DNA from: Octopus sinensis
Lineage: Eukaryota
NCBI RefSeq assembly: GCF_006345805.1
Contig: NC_043003.1
Location: forward strand, 98,642,001 to 98,706,000
Direction: 5' to 3'
DNA length: 64,000 nt
Shown piece by piece: positions 24,684 to 37,860 of the stretch (positions are counted from its first letter, which is position 1; the number at the start of each line of letters is the position of its first letter). The position numbers were made by a program, and so were the translations under genes. Under the pieces are notes generated by a model. The model was not told where the DNA came from and ran no database searches. It saw only the letters and a list, made by a program, of their open reading frames with translations.

Positions 24684-24845
24684 CATAACCGACCAGATAT
24701 CACTTTCCTGCGGACGAAGCCCAAAGAATAGATCTTCATCGACGTGACTATACCTACAGACCATAATATTGTGAAGTCAGATGAGGGAAAAGTTGGGAAG
24801 TACCAAAACCTAGGATTGGAAGTGGGAAAAAGAATCCATAAAACT
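24684..24845 (+). mobile_element. Decayed RLE-domain fragment of another R4/Dong-like LINE
   Basis: HNRPDITFL..IFIDVTIPTDHNIVK.DEGKVGKYQNLGLEV. Confidence 0.6.
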
Positions 24846-24999
24846 GTCATACATTTACTATATCCAATTAATTAGATTATATATTATCATTCTCCCTCAA
24901 AGTTTATGTTTTCTTCCTGAACTACACTTTTATTGACTAGAGCCATGCTCAAATGTGTGCCAGCCTTAAACATACCGTCTTTCAGCCAGTATCTATTCG

Positions 25000-25760
25000 G
25001 AAGACAGTAAGATATAACAAGAGAGATGTTAGGCTGCTATTTTTAGCACAGATACCTAACCTTCCATATTGGATTATATTTTTGCCATGTCGGCCCAAAC
25101 CAAACAGTTTTATAACGCGCTTGTGTTCGCGGACGATGATATTCGACCCACCAGTTCTTTTTCCATTTATACAAAATCTTCTGGTAAGGGACCATGCTGC
25201 CAACTTGGATCTGAAATAATGAATCACATGAGATATAGTGTGACAATCTGGATATAACGCACTCTCACCATTGTCCAAGTAATTTATGTAGGCCCGCAGT
25301 TTCTGGTTTTAGGGCCATCAGAGACGGAAAAGTTGAACTTTACAAACTGTGAATTTTGCATTTGTATTATATTTGCTTCATTGTATAAGTTTTCTGGATG
25401 CGTAATCTGTATGCAGCCGGCTATGGCATATAGTAAACTGCACTTTGCCCTTTGTAGGATGTTGTGGTTTATTGTGGCGATATGAGGTCATGTCGATTTT
25501 GGTTGAAAAGCGTGGGTGAGAGAAAAAATCCCTGTGGTACCCTATTTGGGAAGTTGTAGGTTCTAGTAATGTTTTTCTGTACACTACTTAGGCTTGCTTA
25601 CGTTATATGCAGATTGTTGGCCTGATTTGTACAGCTTCTTAAGCACTTGACTACTTTTGCAGAAACCGATAAGGAGGAATGGAACTTAAAGATGTCGACA
25701 GTAGTTAAAAGAATTTTGTTATTGAAACTATCATATTTTTTTCAAAACATATGCAGCTAC
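25000..25760 (-). mobile_element. Decayed APE-type LINE RT fragment (clade uncertain: L2/Jockey/I group)
   Basis: Minus strand ..VDIFK..LKKLYKSG..NRVPQGFFLSPTLFN (GVPQGS.LSP.LFN motif); many stops. Confidence 0.55.
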
Positions 25761-25974
25761 TTGTCAGACTCGTAAATATGCAGGATCGAATGCTTCGTAA
25801 CTTTTTGTCAGTTTTTAAGTTCAAATTTAGCCGAGGTTGACTTTCAAGATCGATAAATGAAGTAAGCACCATTGAAGCTCGGGGGCCGATATAATCGACT
25901 AGCACCCCTTCCCTAAATTTCAGGCTCTGTTGCTTTGGAAGATTGCATTATTACAACGTATGTAATATTGTATA

Positions 25975-26018
25975 CTACATATATACACACATATATATAG
26001 ATATATATATATACACAG

Positions 26019-26049
<31 letters not shown>

Positions 26050-26263
26050 GCATATATATATATATTATATATATATATATATATAATATATATATATATA
26101 ATTATATATACACACTATATATATATTATATATATGTATATATATATATGTATGTATATATGTAGATATATATATATATTGATAGATGGATAGATAGATA
26201 ATAGATAGATGAAAGTGTTATTACAACATATATGTATGTATGTATGTGTAGTATATACATATA

Positions 26264-26309
<46 letters not shown>

Positions 26310-26320
26310 TGATATATACA
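25975..26320. repeat. (TA)n-rich tract
   Basis: Direct reading. Confidence 0.9.
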
Positions 26321-27019
26321 TGCTACAGGTGAGCACGTAAGTGCGAAACGATGTGGAACAAATAGTACCCAATATCAAAGGTACGGCAACATACTTTCAT
26401 TAAAGTTGTAAAATTATCGCTGTTACTCAAGAGTTTCCCGATCTCGTCCGCCGAACAGTTGTGATTGTAACCCCCTCCCTCCGACAAGGGTTTATAAAAG
26501 CTGCAAAGCCTCGTTGTCAAGTGAATTTGCAAATATTTATCAAAAATCCCTAGGGTCTGAAGGAATCACTGTATGCACCAAAATCTTCAACTACTCATTC
26601 CAAAACTGACAAACAAATTATTTACGCGGGTAAATTTTAAGAATCCTCTCAAAAATACTTCAAGTTATGTATATGTATATATGTATGTTGACTGATGATA
26701 GAGTATGGACGGATTTTCGAAGTCCAATGGTACCCTACACACATATTTGATTATGAAGATTTACAAACATACTTTCTCAGTGAAACTCAATATACCCACC
26801 ATTATAGATAATACCAACTGTACATTTTCGGATTTTTCATAATTTCATAATGTGATGTAATTCTTTGGTATAGCAAATGCGTGTGGCTGAAGAGAGCCTT
26901 AAACCATCTGTTATGTCGATTACACATTGATGTAAGAATAGGTATTTTCATAAAGCTTGAAACACGTTTACCGCCACATCCTTTGTGTTCTGTTTTTATT
27001 TCATTTGGATGTATATATA

Positions 27020-27092
<73 letters not shown>

Positions 27093-27329
27093 AACCCCCA
27101 GACATATATATATATATATATATATTTTAAAGAATATAGATGTAAGTATTAAAGAATTGTGAATGTATGTGTGCGTCGCATTTAAATAATTCCAGACTTC
27201 AGACTAAGGTCATAATGGGTAAGAAGTTTTGCTGAGCACGGGAGAATATGAAATATATTTAATCAGGTCAGGAATGAACTCAGATAAGAGTAATAACTCA
27301 TCACACATACATGCACACACACACAAACA

Positions 27330-27379
<50 letters not shown>

Positions 27380-27829
27380 ACACACATACATACATAATAC
27401 ATATGTGTACGTGTGCGAGTGTGTGCACATTTATACATATATACAAAACAATAAAAGAAAAAGCAGGCCCACACACACACACACACACACACGCACGCAC
27501 ATACTAGCATATGAGTATGTATGTGTATATGTATGCGTCTGTGAGTATCACTCCACTTTCAATGCTGCATATATGCCACGCACGCGGCCAAAGAAATCAT
27601 GATGGCTTCCTCAGTTGGTAGGAGAATGTAAGGATATGTCTGCAGGTGATATTCGTGTGAGGCTCGTGTTTGTTGTTTATAATGTATTTTAATTGTTTCT
27701 TGTTCTTCGGCATTGCTTGATGAAGGTGTCAGACGTCGCGTACCGCCCTCTGCGCTGTGAATCATGTGTGCTGCTAGCCAAACAAAACGGCATGAACTGC
27801 ATGAGTGTGTTGTCCGCACCGCTGCTGTG

Positions 27830-27988
27830 TAAGGTGAGGTGTGTGTTTGTGTGTGTGTGTGTTTGTGTGTGTGCGGGTGTGTGTGTGTGTGCGGACGTGT
27901 GTGTGTGCGGACGTGTGTGTGTGTGTGTAGCGTGCGTACGTCTCTCTCTATATATTTATATTTAATATATATACATATACACTTATAA

Positions 27989-28025
<37 letters not shown>

Positions 28026-28510
28026 CACCACATACATATATATGTATATGTGTATGCTGTGCGTGTGTATACACATCAATGATGATATGCATAAATACAT
28101 ATATCTATGTGTATATATAGGCGTATATATGTATGTCTAGACTAAATATATATTATATATATATATAATATATATATATATATTATATATATATATAAAC
28201 ATATATCTTTATATATACATATGTATATATATATGTATATATACACATATGTATGTATATATATGTATATATATGCATATGCCTATATATATGCCGATAC
28301 ATATACATATATATGTGTATAATATACATATATATAGACATATATATACACACATATATATACATACATATATATATATATATATACATATATTAATACA
28401 CACACACACACACACATATATATATATTTGATGTATAATTATCTCGCTCCCTCTGTACACGTACACACAAACACATGCAGATATGCACACACGCACATGT
28501 ACATACTTGC
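27830..28510. repeat. (TG)n/(TA)n/(CA)n low-complexity region
   Basis: Direct reading. Confidence 0.85.
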
Positions 28511-28714
28511 ATAAATATACACTACCATACACGCACCTCGTAATATACAGGTGTTTAAATTAATGTAACTTAATCCTCTTTATAGTACATAACATCTCTG
28601 CCCTATGAGACGACTTATGAAACAGTCTTCCTGAATCTCAAAAACGATGTTTTTTGAGGTCTGCCTCATAAGCTCAAACTTTCTTCGAATGCAAATTATC
28701 TATCTATTTTTTTT

Positions 28715-28885
28715 TCCTCTCCCCCTAATTTTTAACCCCACCCCTTTTTTGTCCTCTTTCTCTCCTTTTACGATCCCTTTTGATCGAAACTCCCCCTTCC
28801 TTTTTTTTTTTTTTAAACTTCAAAAGAAAATCTCTACCTTGTAATTGTTCTATCTGTGTGCAGCCCTGTGTGGCTAATAAAGAAA
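28715..28885 (+). mobile_element. Tx1-like LINE 3' UTR fragment, followed by (TATC)n to ~29110
   Basis: ttttacgatcccttttgatcgaaa..ctctaccttgtaatt..gtgcagccctgtgtggctaataaagaaa, shared with 2527-2650 (minus). Confidence 0.6.
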
Positions 28886-28904
28886 ATATCTATCTATCTA
28901 TCTA

Positions 28905-28964
<60 letters not shown>

Positions 28965-28985
28965 TTATTTATTTATTTATTTATT

Positions 28986-29049
<64 letters not shown>

Positions 29050-29053
29050 AATC

Positions 29054-29096
<43 letters not shown>

Positions 29097-30070
29097 TACC
29101 TATCTTCTATCTGTCTGTTATCTATATGTGTGTGGATGTCTGCCTATGTGTATATATACTTACTGTCACGTTGCACCAACACACACATATTTATATACGA
29201 CGATGAGTTAGAAAGCAATGCAATTAAAAAAAAAACTTTTATCTCACACTCACGCATATATGATTACTAGATTAAAGTGTTCAGTATCCTCTTACTCTAT
29301 TGAGAATCTTCCTTTTAAACTTCTTAACATTTAGTCAAATTTCAGTTTAAAAGCAAAAAGAAAAACTTTCCTTAATTTACCTTGTCTTTGTGTTCTTCAT
29401 TTTTTAATCTACTAGGTGACTTTAAGTTGTAAATTTTATTTAACAGTAATTACGCTGCCTCTATATCAGTTTAATTTTCACAGAAAAATTTGCTATTTGT
29501 ACTTTCCTCCAGGTTGAAAACCACATAATCCCCATACCAAAACCCCGGCTTATTTTCCTAGGATATCTCGAAGTTTACTATAAACGAATGAAGTTATAGA
29601 AATTTCTGTTACATGTTAATAAGAAATTTAGAAACATAGAATAAGTGAAACAGTTTTGATTGAAATATTTGAAATAAGGGAAACAAGAATATTAGCGAAA
29701 TTACTTTTAACAAATTTCCTGCCAAATGCATTTTCATACGTTGGTCCATGTTTTCAGACTTTAAGTTTGCTATTGTTTCATCCGTTCCTACGCTGGTGGT
29801 TGAAAAACGTTGGGAATATGTATCATACATGATACATCGATTCCAGGGAAACATGTCCTGTGTATCATGTGTGATACACAGAACAGGCAATGTGTTAAAT
29901 ACTTATTGGGAAGTTCGAAATAAATAAAGAGCAAATGAATTTAATGACAATTAAAGAGTAAATACTTCTAATGACTTTGAATCCTCAAAAGTTTTAAAAT
30001 AGGGAAATGGAAAGTGATTCGTTTCACTTTCTTATATTATAATTGTTATAGTGAAAGAAAGTCTATGTTG

Positions 30071-30128
30071 GATTGGTGAGCGGAGCGAACAGGAAGTGAG
30101 TCAAGGTTTCAAGATGGCCGTAGTAAGC
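30071..30128 (+). promoter_or_regulatory. Candidate housekeeping-type promoter or first exon
   Basis: Reverse CCAAT (gattgg 30071), ETS-like CAGGAAGTG (30090), YY1-like CAAGATGGCCG (30110), ATG GCC GTA then GTAAGC donor-like site at 30123, in non-repetitive DNA. Confidence 0.35.
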
Positions 30129-30604
30129 AGGAACGAAGATGACTGTAGTTATTAAAAGCTTTAAAGTGAGGTAATTTAGTGAATGAATACGGCAAAACGT
30201 AAAGAGTGGGCTAAATATGTATAATCATGCCAAACTTTTAGTTAAAATATACTAAAATAAATATGTACTATACTATTTGAATTTTTAGACTTTTAGAAAC
30301 AAAAAGTATAGATACATTTTTATTAACGCCAACCTTATAAACATATATTTACACGCAAAATACATCATTCATAAACCAAACATAAGTATATACGGAACAA
30401 ACTTGATGGACATTCCCACGCACTATAATTATCATAAGGTAGTAAGGGTCAATATTTATACACCCATATTTATAATAAAATTGTAGGTCTTGTGTAGAAT
30501 TTTAAGCGACCTACATTCTTTCAGAAGTTTCTGGAATAGCTTCCGAATTAACAAAGAATAAATTTCAAGCGATGCCGCAGTAAGCTTCTTCATATATACA
30601 TTCG

Positions 30605-30606
30605 TT

Positions 30607-30680
<74 letters not shown>

Positions 30681-31111
30681 ATATATATATCTCTGTCTAT
30701 CTATCTATCTGTCCTGTCTGTCTGTCTATCTGTCTTGTCTGTCTATCTATCTATCTATCTATCTATCTATATCTATCTATCTATCTATCTATCTATCTTC
30801 TGCCTATTATTTATATGTGTGTGGATGTCTGTCTACGTGTATATATACTTACTGTGACGTCGTTTGAAATTTATTTCTCGTTAATCAACACACGCACACC
30901 CATGTATTATACGCATGGGTATAGTGTCTTTGTGTACAGTTTATACACACGCGCGCGCACACACACATACATGTATATATTTATATGCAAGTATACATGC
31001 ATACATATGTACAATTGCACTTGCATGTACACACACACACACACATATATATGTATACATATATGTACACACATACTTATAAGTGCAATGTCATATATAT
31101 ATGTATATATG

Positions 31112-31152
<41 letters not shown>

Positions 31153-31250
31153 TTATATATATATACACATATGTATACACACACACACGCATATATTATA
31201 TATATATATATAGTATATATATATATATATATATATATACAAACCAACTA
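30605..31250. repeat. (TCTA)n and (TA)n/(CA)n microsatellites
   Basis: Direct reading. Confidence 0.9.
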
Positions 31251-31446
31251 CATAGCATACATATCTAGTTATGATTTAATGTGCTTAAAAATATAAATCA
31301 AGATGACTCATAATTTGTTAGTATTTTCGGTGGGAATATGCTGTTTTGTGACGCAACCGGAAGTTTACCACAATTTGAACGATGATATCTGTGGTTTTTC
31401 GTGCAAATTTAGATAAATATTTAGATTTTAAGCTAATGATAGGAAA

Positions 31447-31493
<47 letters not shown>

Positions 31494-31849
31494 GAAATAG
31501 AAATGATAAAAATAGTGATTTTTTTATATTGTCACAAGGGAGACGACCGGGCAGAAACATTAAATATATGAATGAATTAAAAAAGAAAAAAAGAATCTTG
31601 CGGTTTTTCATTAGTTGCAGGGAAAATATATATTAAAATCGTTGAAAGCAAATGAAACAAAAAGCAAAATTTTCCTGGGTAATATGATTTAATAGATCAG
31701 TGGTTTGTAATGTGGGTAGTAACCTGCCTCTCGCTAGAGGTTGTAAAATATGAAGGTAATGTTATGGTGAAATGCTAGCTGTTTAAGAATTTTTCTTAGA
31801 AATAAAATATTTAGACGCGGCTGCGTCCTTAAAACGCTTATTTTGAAAG

Positions 31850-31948
31850 TACATGGGTTTCATGCTCAGAGAACTGCATGGCATTTTTCTTCTGCTGTAG
31901 CCCTGTGAGCTAATGTAGTAGACGGAAACTGTACGGTAGCCCGTCTCA

Positions 31949-32041
<93 letters not shown>

Positions 32042-32220
32042 GTGCGTGTGTATGTGTGCGTATGAGTCTTAATATTTGTCTTACCTCCACATTCGCTTGA
32101 CAACTGGTGTTTATGTCCCCGTAACACTGTTTCAGACTTTTAAATATCCAATGGGCTTAGTTTGTTCGACTAAACCCGTTCAAGGCAGTGCTCCGGCATG
32201 GCCGCACTCCAATGACTGGA
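31850..32220 (+). mobile_element. Degenerate OR-type SINE with internal (TATC)n
   Basis: gtagacggaaactgtacggtagcccgtc..cgcttgacaactggtgtttatgtccccgtaac..ggcagtgctccggcatggccgc. Confidence 0.6.
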
Positions 32221-32616
32221 GTAGATAAAATACATGATACACGAGCTACAATATTTATATTTGAAACGCATTTGCAAAGGAATTTTTGTTGGCATTGTAA
32301 CATGAATAGGATACTGTGTTATCAGTGTGCAAAAGCAAACGAAATGATGCAACCGGTTCTAATAACATTTTATCAAATAAATCAACGCCATGTTTAGTTA
32401 TTTCCATACAAGTCAAACATGTGGAGGGTATCAACCCGCGTCAACAGTTGAAATAATGCATGTGTTGTACGGATGTTATGAGAAACTATGGATAATAAAA
32501 CACTGGACAAAATTTGCTTGTTTGATAAAAATAAACATCATTTTCTTCTTATTTTTCGCAAAATGTGAGACGTGGGCGTTTGCGATTCATCATTAGGTGA
32601 GATGATGCTAGAAACC

Positions 32617-32952
32617 TGATATAGTTTAACAGTCTGATAAAGCTAATGAGCCAACTAAAGATATTTTAATGGAAGAATTGAGCACTCTTCCTGATGCATC
32701 CTCTCGTAACAGTCTCGTAAGCTAAGAATGATATAGTTTAACAGACAGCTACATCTTTTGAGCCAACGAAAAATATTTCAGTGGAAGGCTTGTGAATTCT
32801 TCCTGATGCATCTTCTCGTAACAGACTCGTAGGCCAGGAAAACTGATATAGTTTAACAGACAGCTGAAGATATTGAGCCAACTAAAAATATTTTAGTGGA
32901 AGGATTGTGCATTGTTCCTGATGCGTCCTCTCGTAACAGTCTCGTAGGCCGA
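32617..32952. repeat. Three ~112-115-bp tandem repeats
   Basis: tgatatagtttaacag at 32617, 32729 and 32844; each unit contains ttcctgatgc.tc.tctcgtaacag. Confidence 0.9.
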
Positions 32953-33556
32953 TTAAACAATCCCATTTTCGTAATTCTTTCCTAGCATCTTCAAGTTTAC
33001 AGGAATATAACATTTTCTTCACTCTCACATTTGTTTTGATGCGAACTTCATGAGTTTGATAACATATTGAACTGAGACGTAAATCTCTGTTCTTGGAGTT
33101 TTAAATTTCGTCCGCCATGCACGTTTACTTTTTGATTTTATCTCATATTTTATGCCAGAAAAACTGTATGCCAGAGTACCGCGTTTGCCTCATCGACACA
33201 AGAATGCGAAGGGAAAAGAACAGTTAGGCCATACTTCACAATTCAATTTCTTTTAGACACTGACCAACAGCAGGCAAAACGGTTTTATTGCCCTCTATGC
33301 ATCAAGGACAAGTTCAGCGTACAACATTGGCATACCTCTTAATTTTTATCGCAATTCCGCAATACATATCCTTCTAGGAGCACTGCTTGACGAATAGTAC
33401 TTTGAGTTATAAGGATTTCAAATACCTATTTCTAACAATAGTACTAACTAGTCAAAATGTTTAAAATTTGAAGGAGATGAGAAAATTTTGAGTTTATTAT
33501 AATTAGAGAAATCATGCATGCTTCAAAATAATTATTGAAAGATGAACTATCTTATA

Positions 33557-33737
33557 GGCGCAAGAGTGGCTGTGTGGTAAGTAGCTTGCTTACTAACCAC
33601 GTGGTTCCGGGTTCAGTCCCACTGCATGGCAGCTTGGGCAAGTGTCTTCTACTATTGCTTCGGGCCGACCAAAGTCTTGTGAGTGGATTTGGTAGGCGGA
33701 AACTGAAAGAAGCAGGTCGTATATATATATATGTATG

Positions 33738-33813
<76 letters not shown>

Positions 33814-34029
33814 TGTGTATATGTTTGTGTGTCTGTTTCTTTCCTCCAACATCGCTTGACAACCGATGCTGGAGTGTGTTTATGTTCCCGTCACTTAGCG
33901 TTTCAGCAAAGAGACCGATAAAATAAGTACTAGGCTTACAAAAAATACGTCCTGGGGTCGATTTCTTCAACTAAAGGCGGTGCTCCAGCATGGCTGCAGT
34001 CAAATGACTGAAACAAGTAAAAGAGTAAA

Positions 34030-34032
<3 letters not shown>
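33557..34032 (+). mobile_element. Full-length OR-type CORE-like tRNA SINE
   Basis: Head ggcgcaagagtggctgtgtggtaag..gggttcagtccc; core cttgggcaagtgtcttc; tail tgactgaaacaagtaaaagag. Confidence 0.9.
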
Positions 34033-34103
<71 letters not shown>

Positions 34104-34486
34104 AAGGGTATCTTCCTTAAGTAGTAAGCAAAATGATTACGGTCTTATAGCCATATAAGGTTAATACGGCAGGGCTCTCGAAAAGCTTTAAATATGCATA
34201 GACTAGTCTGTATTTTTATTCTTAACGAGACACATAAATAGCTAAGAGAATACCAATCTACATAGCTCTCAACGAACCAAAGACGAAGCTCCGACCTTTT
34301 AGAAAAGGTAACTAAATCTCCTTCAGATCGCAACCAAATCGACCGGCTACATGTAAGGAAGAACGCAAAAGATAATTCCACCAGTATATCTGTCTTGAAT
34401 ACGATGAGATGTTCATGACTAGAAAGCTCTTTTTCATACGTCGGCTCTATTAGGGTTGAAATGGGACTAAACAGAATTATCAACAA

Positions 34487-34999
34487 TCTATATATATAAA
34501 ACTGTAGTTGTGTGAGTGTCTGTCTCCTTCGATTTAGATTCCTAACTACTCCCACATTTTGCGGTGCAGTTTAACCAAATTCGGGTATCTTATAGTCGTG
34601 ATTCATATCGAGCTTGTCTGAGTATTAGCGCGCGTCTACGATGAGTCTACGATTTTAAAAATAATTTAACATCATTTTTTATTCCCTTTTAATGCATAAT
34701 TTTTCGTGTGTCGATGGCGGCGGAGTTGGCGTCCATGGTCACACCTGCACCTGTTTGCTTCTCCCCCTTCTTCCCTCCCTCGTGAAGCTGTGGGGAAGGG
34801 AGTGTAAGGAAATCAAAGTCGTAAAGCGTTGTCAAGGAGACCAGCGTTCTTTTAGAACAACGACTTCATGGCTTGAAGACACCAAAACAGAAATGGCTAA
34901 GAAAGCCCGAATTGGCATCTATAAGGGAAGTAACTCTCTAAAAATGCTTATATAGTTATTTCCCTTACAAACCCGAGCAACGCCGGGCGATACTGCTAG
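34487..34999 (+). mobile_element. Non-autonomous Helitron
   Basis: 5' TCtatatatataaa; 3' GC hairpin (cgagcaacgccgggcg) and CTAG; inserted between A and T. Confidence 0.8.
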
Positions 35000-36787
35000 T
35001 ATTTTATAATTCCTGTTTTTATTGTTTGTATCTAAGCTGTGCATTGGTGTACAACATGGCTATGTTATCAGCAAAGTTGGGTCAACAACCTAACTTCATT
35101 GCCTTCCTTCATCAGGTCATTTCGCTTTTATGTATGTCATCAATGCCTATGGGGAAGGTTTGGAAGTCAAAACATTACATTATTCATTCAGATATACATG
35201 CATATAAAACATGCGTAGTGCATACATAATATATACAGTATAGATTTGTACATACACACATAGAAACACACAGATACTTTCACTCACACACGCACATACA
35301 CACATGTGTAAACATGTATGTGCATATATATACGTGTGTATATATGGCCTTGTATCTTGTATGACAAAATATACTCTGGCTGGGAATAACGATAAAATCA
35401 ATTTCTATGTATCACAGCTCGAATCCACGAAGAATAGATTATTTCTGTTCTGGATTGAATACACTTCAGTCGTTCTTACAGTACATACACACACAGAAAG
35501 AAATATTCTACCATACGACAAATCCGATATCTGTGGTTATGTGTGATAATTCTCATTAAGTTTTCATTTATAGCAAACGCCAAATGTCTGTATCTATATC
35601 ATATTATACATCCATATCATAGAATGTAGGTTTATATAAATTTAGATGCATCTTTGTCTCTTTGTTTCCGCACTATTCTATTTCTGTGTGTATTAAACTG
35701 GGGAACAAACTCATTAATAGCTGTTATTCATTAAATGCATAACAAATCTTTTGTCTGTCCTATTTCCTCCAATATTGTGTTACATAGCAGCCCAATTTTT
35801 CTAAGATAGTATTGTGCAATACAGACTATATATTTAAAGGGAAACATTTTGTGGGGTCTTTATCGTTAATATTGAATCGAATATGTATTCTGATTATATA
35901 ATGCAATGTAAGTTGGCTGTTCAGGAAAACATAAATCACAGTGTGATTTATGCTTTACTTTCAATAGCATAAACAGACTTTATTGCTTACGCTCATATGA
36001 ATATAGCTAAGTCTGCCTAGCGATATAATGTGGCTTGTGATTCAATTATTTGCTGACGAGGTCTATTAGGCTAGGAATTTAAGACAGATATCCGTAGCTC
36101 TCACCTCGCCCACTAAATAGAGTCGGATATTTGGCCAATGCAAAAATACAGGTCAGTAGTTTCCCAGGGAGCACCGATGTTATCCAAAGTGATAGGCAAC
36201 AGTAAATACAGTTTGGTATCTGTGATGCTGCACGAGCAGAACAATTACTACAAGGCCTTCTTTTCGACCCGCTTACAGTTTCGCCACTTCACCGCCATTA
36301 ATTGACATTTTATTTTATTATATCGAACTCGGAACAATGAAAGTCGATGTTGAGCTTGGTATTATTGCATCTCATAATGTAGAAAATCCTTTCATTACAC
36401 TTATTACACATACACGTACGCACACGCGTACACACATGCATACACACATATATGTGTATCTACGCGTGTATATGTGTGTGTTGTTTGTTGCGTCACTGAG
36501 TAACATAGTTAGTCACATTTTGCTCTAGCCTACTCAGGGGAAATTAGCAACTGACGAGTGCTCATGCTGTCCTCTTTTACTCTTTCTTTCTTTCTTTCTT
36601 TCCTTCTTTCTTTCTCTCTCCCTCTCTATCTCTCACTTTCTCGACGTTTCTAGCTGTCACACCATGGGTGTTCCGTTGGGGAATGGATTGGGAGGGCCAC
36701 AAGGCTCGTGATAACATAGGCACCTAAAACAATTAGCGAAAGCATGATACGCGTCTACAAGTCATACTTGCTTACCGATGACGGTAC

Positions 36788-36818
<31 letters not shown>

Positions 36819-37679
36819 TATACATACATACATGCATACATATGTGTGCGTGTATATATATATATGTTTATATGCATACGTTTATGTATACGTATGTATG
36901 TAATCATGTATGTAAGAAGTAAAAACTTATGATTATGTGGCAAATCAATCTACGTCCCTTCCTTGGTGACTTGTTAACGTTGAAATGTTCAATAGGAAAT
37001 GTTTTATAAATGTTTTAATTTCATGGTCATTGCATTCTCTAGAGTCTATTTTATTTTATTTTCTGACGAGGGTCTTTTGTAGCAAAGGGAATAACAAATA
37101 AGAATTTCTTATATAAAATTCCTGATACAGTATATTTTAATCCTTCCTGAAATTTGAATAAAGGTGATAAAGAAAACATTTACACTGTATTCTCACTTAA
37201 TACTATTGTGATACATCCGTGTTATAATGGTTTTACTGGATATGTGATTTAGTGGTGTTTATTACATTATCGTATGGTATATAACACCATAACAATAATT
37301 AAATTTCAATTATAATCGACTGGTGATCAGCAGGATTCAGCACCTCAGTTATATTCATTAGTTGTGTGTGTTACCTACGTGGTTTCGATTCAAGATTAAG
37401 TCACAAATTGGTCTCTTATGTATTAATGCATGTACACATGCACATGTATGGACGTGTGTGTGTGTGTGTGTGTAAAGATATTCACATACACATTCGGGCG
37501 TTGGACAGAATAATTTTTATTTAATAATATTTTATATTGGAAATATGAAAAATTCAAAACAGTTCTAGCCCGTGTTCATGTCCAATATATATGCTTTGTA
37601 CTTCACGATGCAGCCCTCAATTTTCCTTCCCATTTTTTGTAAATATTTATATTTAAATAATTTAAAAGGCATGAACTAT

Positions 37680-37860
37680 CTGATTGTAAAAGAGGTCATT
37701 TTTAGAGCGCGGATCGCTGGTGATTCAGTCACTAAAACTGCTGAATTGCTCAATGTTTTAGAGAGATGTCATTTGTAAAATCATGTTGGCCTTAAGAAAC
37801 TAAGATAAAACTAGCCTAGCTCTGGCAAGCATAATTCTGACAGAAGACAGATACATAGAA
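37680..37860 (+). mobile_element. Tc1-like transposase N-terminal (HTH) remnant
   Basis: KEVIFRARIAGDSVTKTAELLNV resembles the Tc1 motif GQIVGAR.AGASVTKTA.L..VS. Confidence 0.6.

Noticed and set aside
26925-26972. HHR-like ttgatgt..ctt-GAAACacGTT
   Set aside because: The core lacks C3 and A9 and stem I does not pair; too degenerate to call.
33255-33345. Possible exon reading KRFYCPLC..H after a tttcttttag acceptor
   Set aside because: Spacing does not fit a C2H2 finger, it hits a stop quickly, and there is no good donor.
36050-37085. CTGACGAG strings at ~36055, ~36552 and ~37066
   Set aside because: No correctly placed stem II-GAAA-stem III follows any of them.
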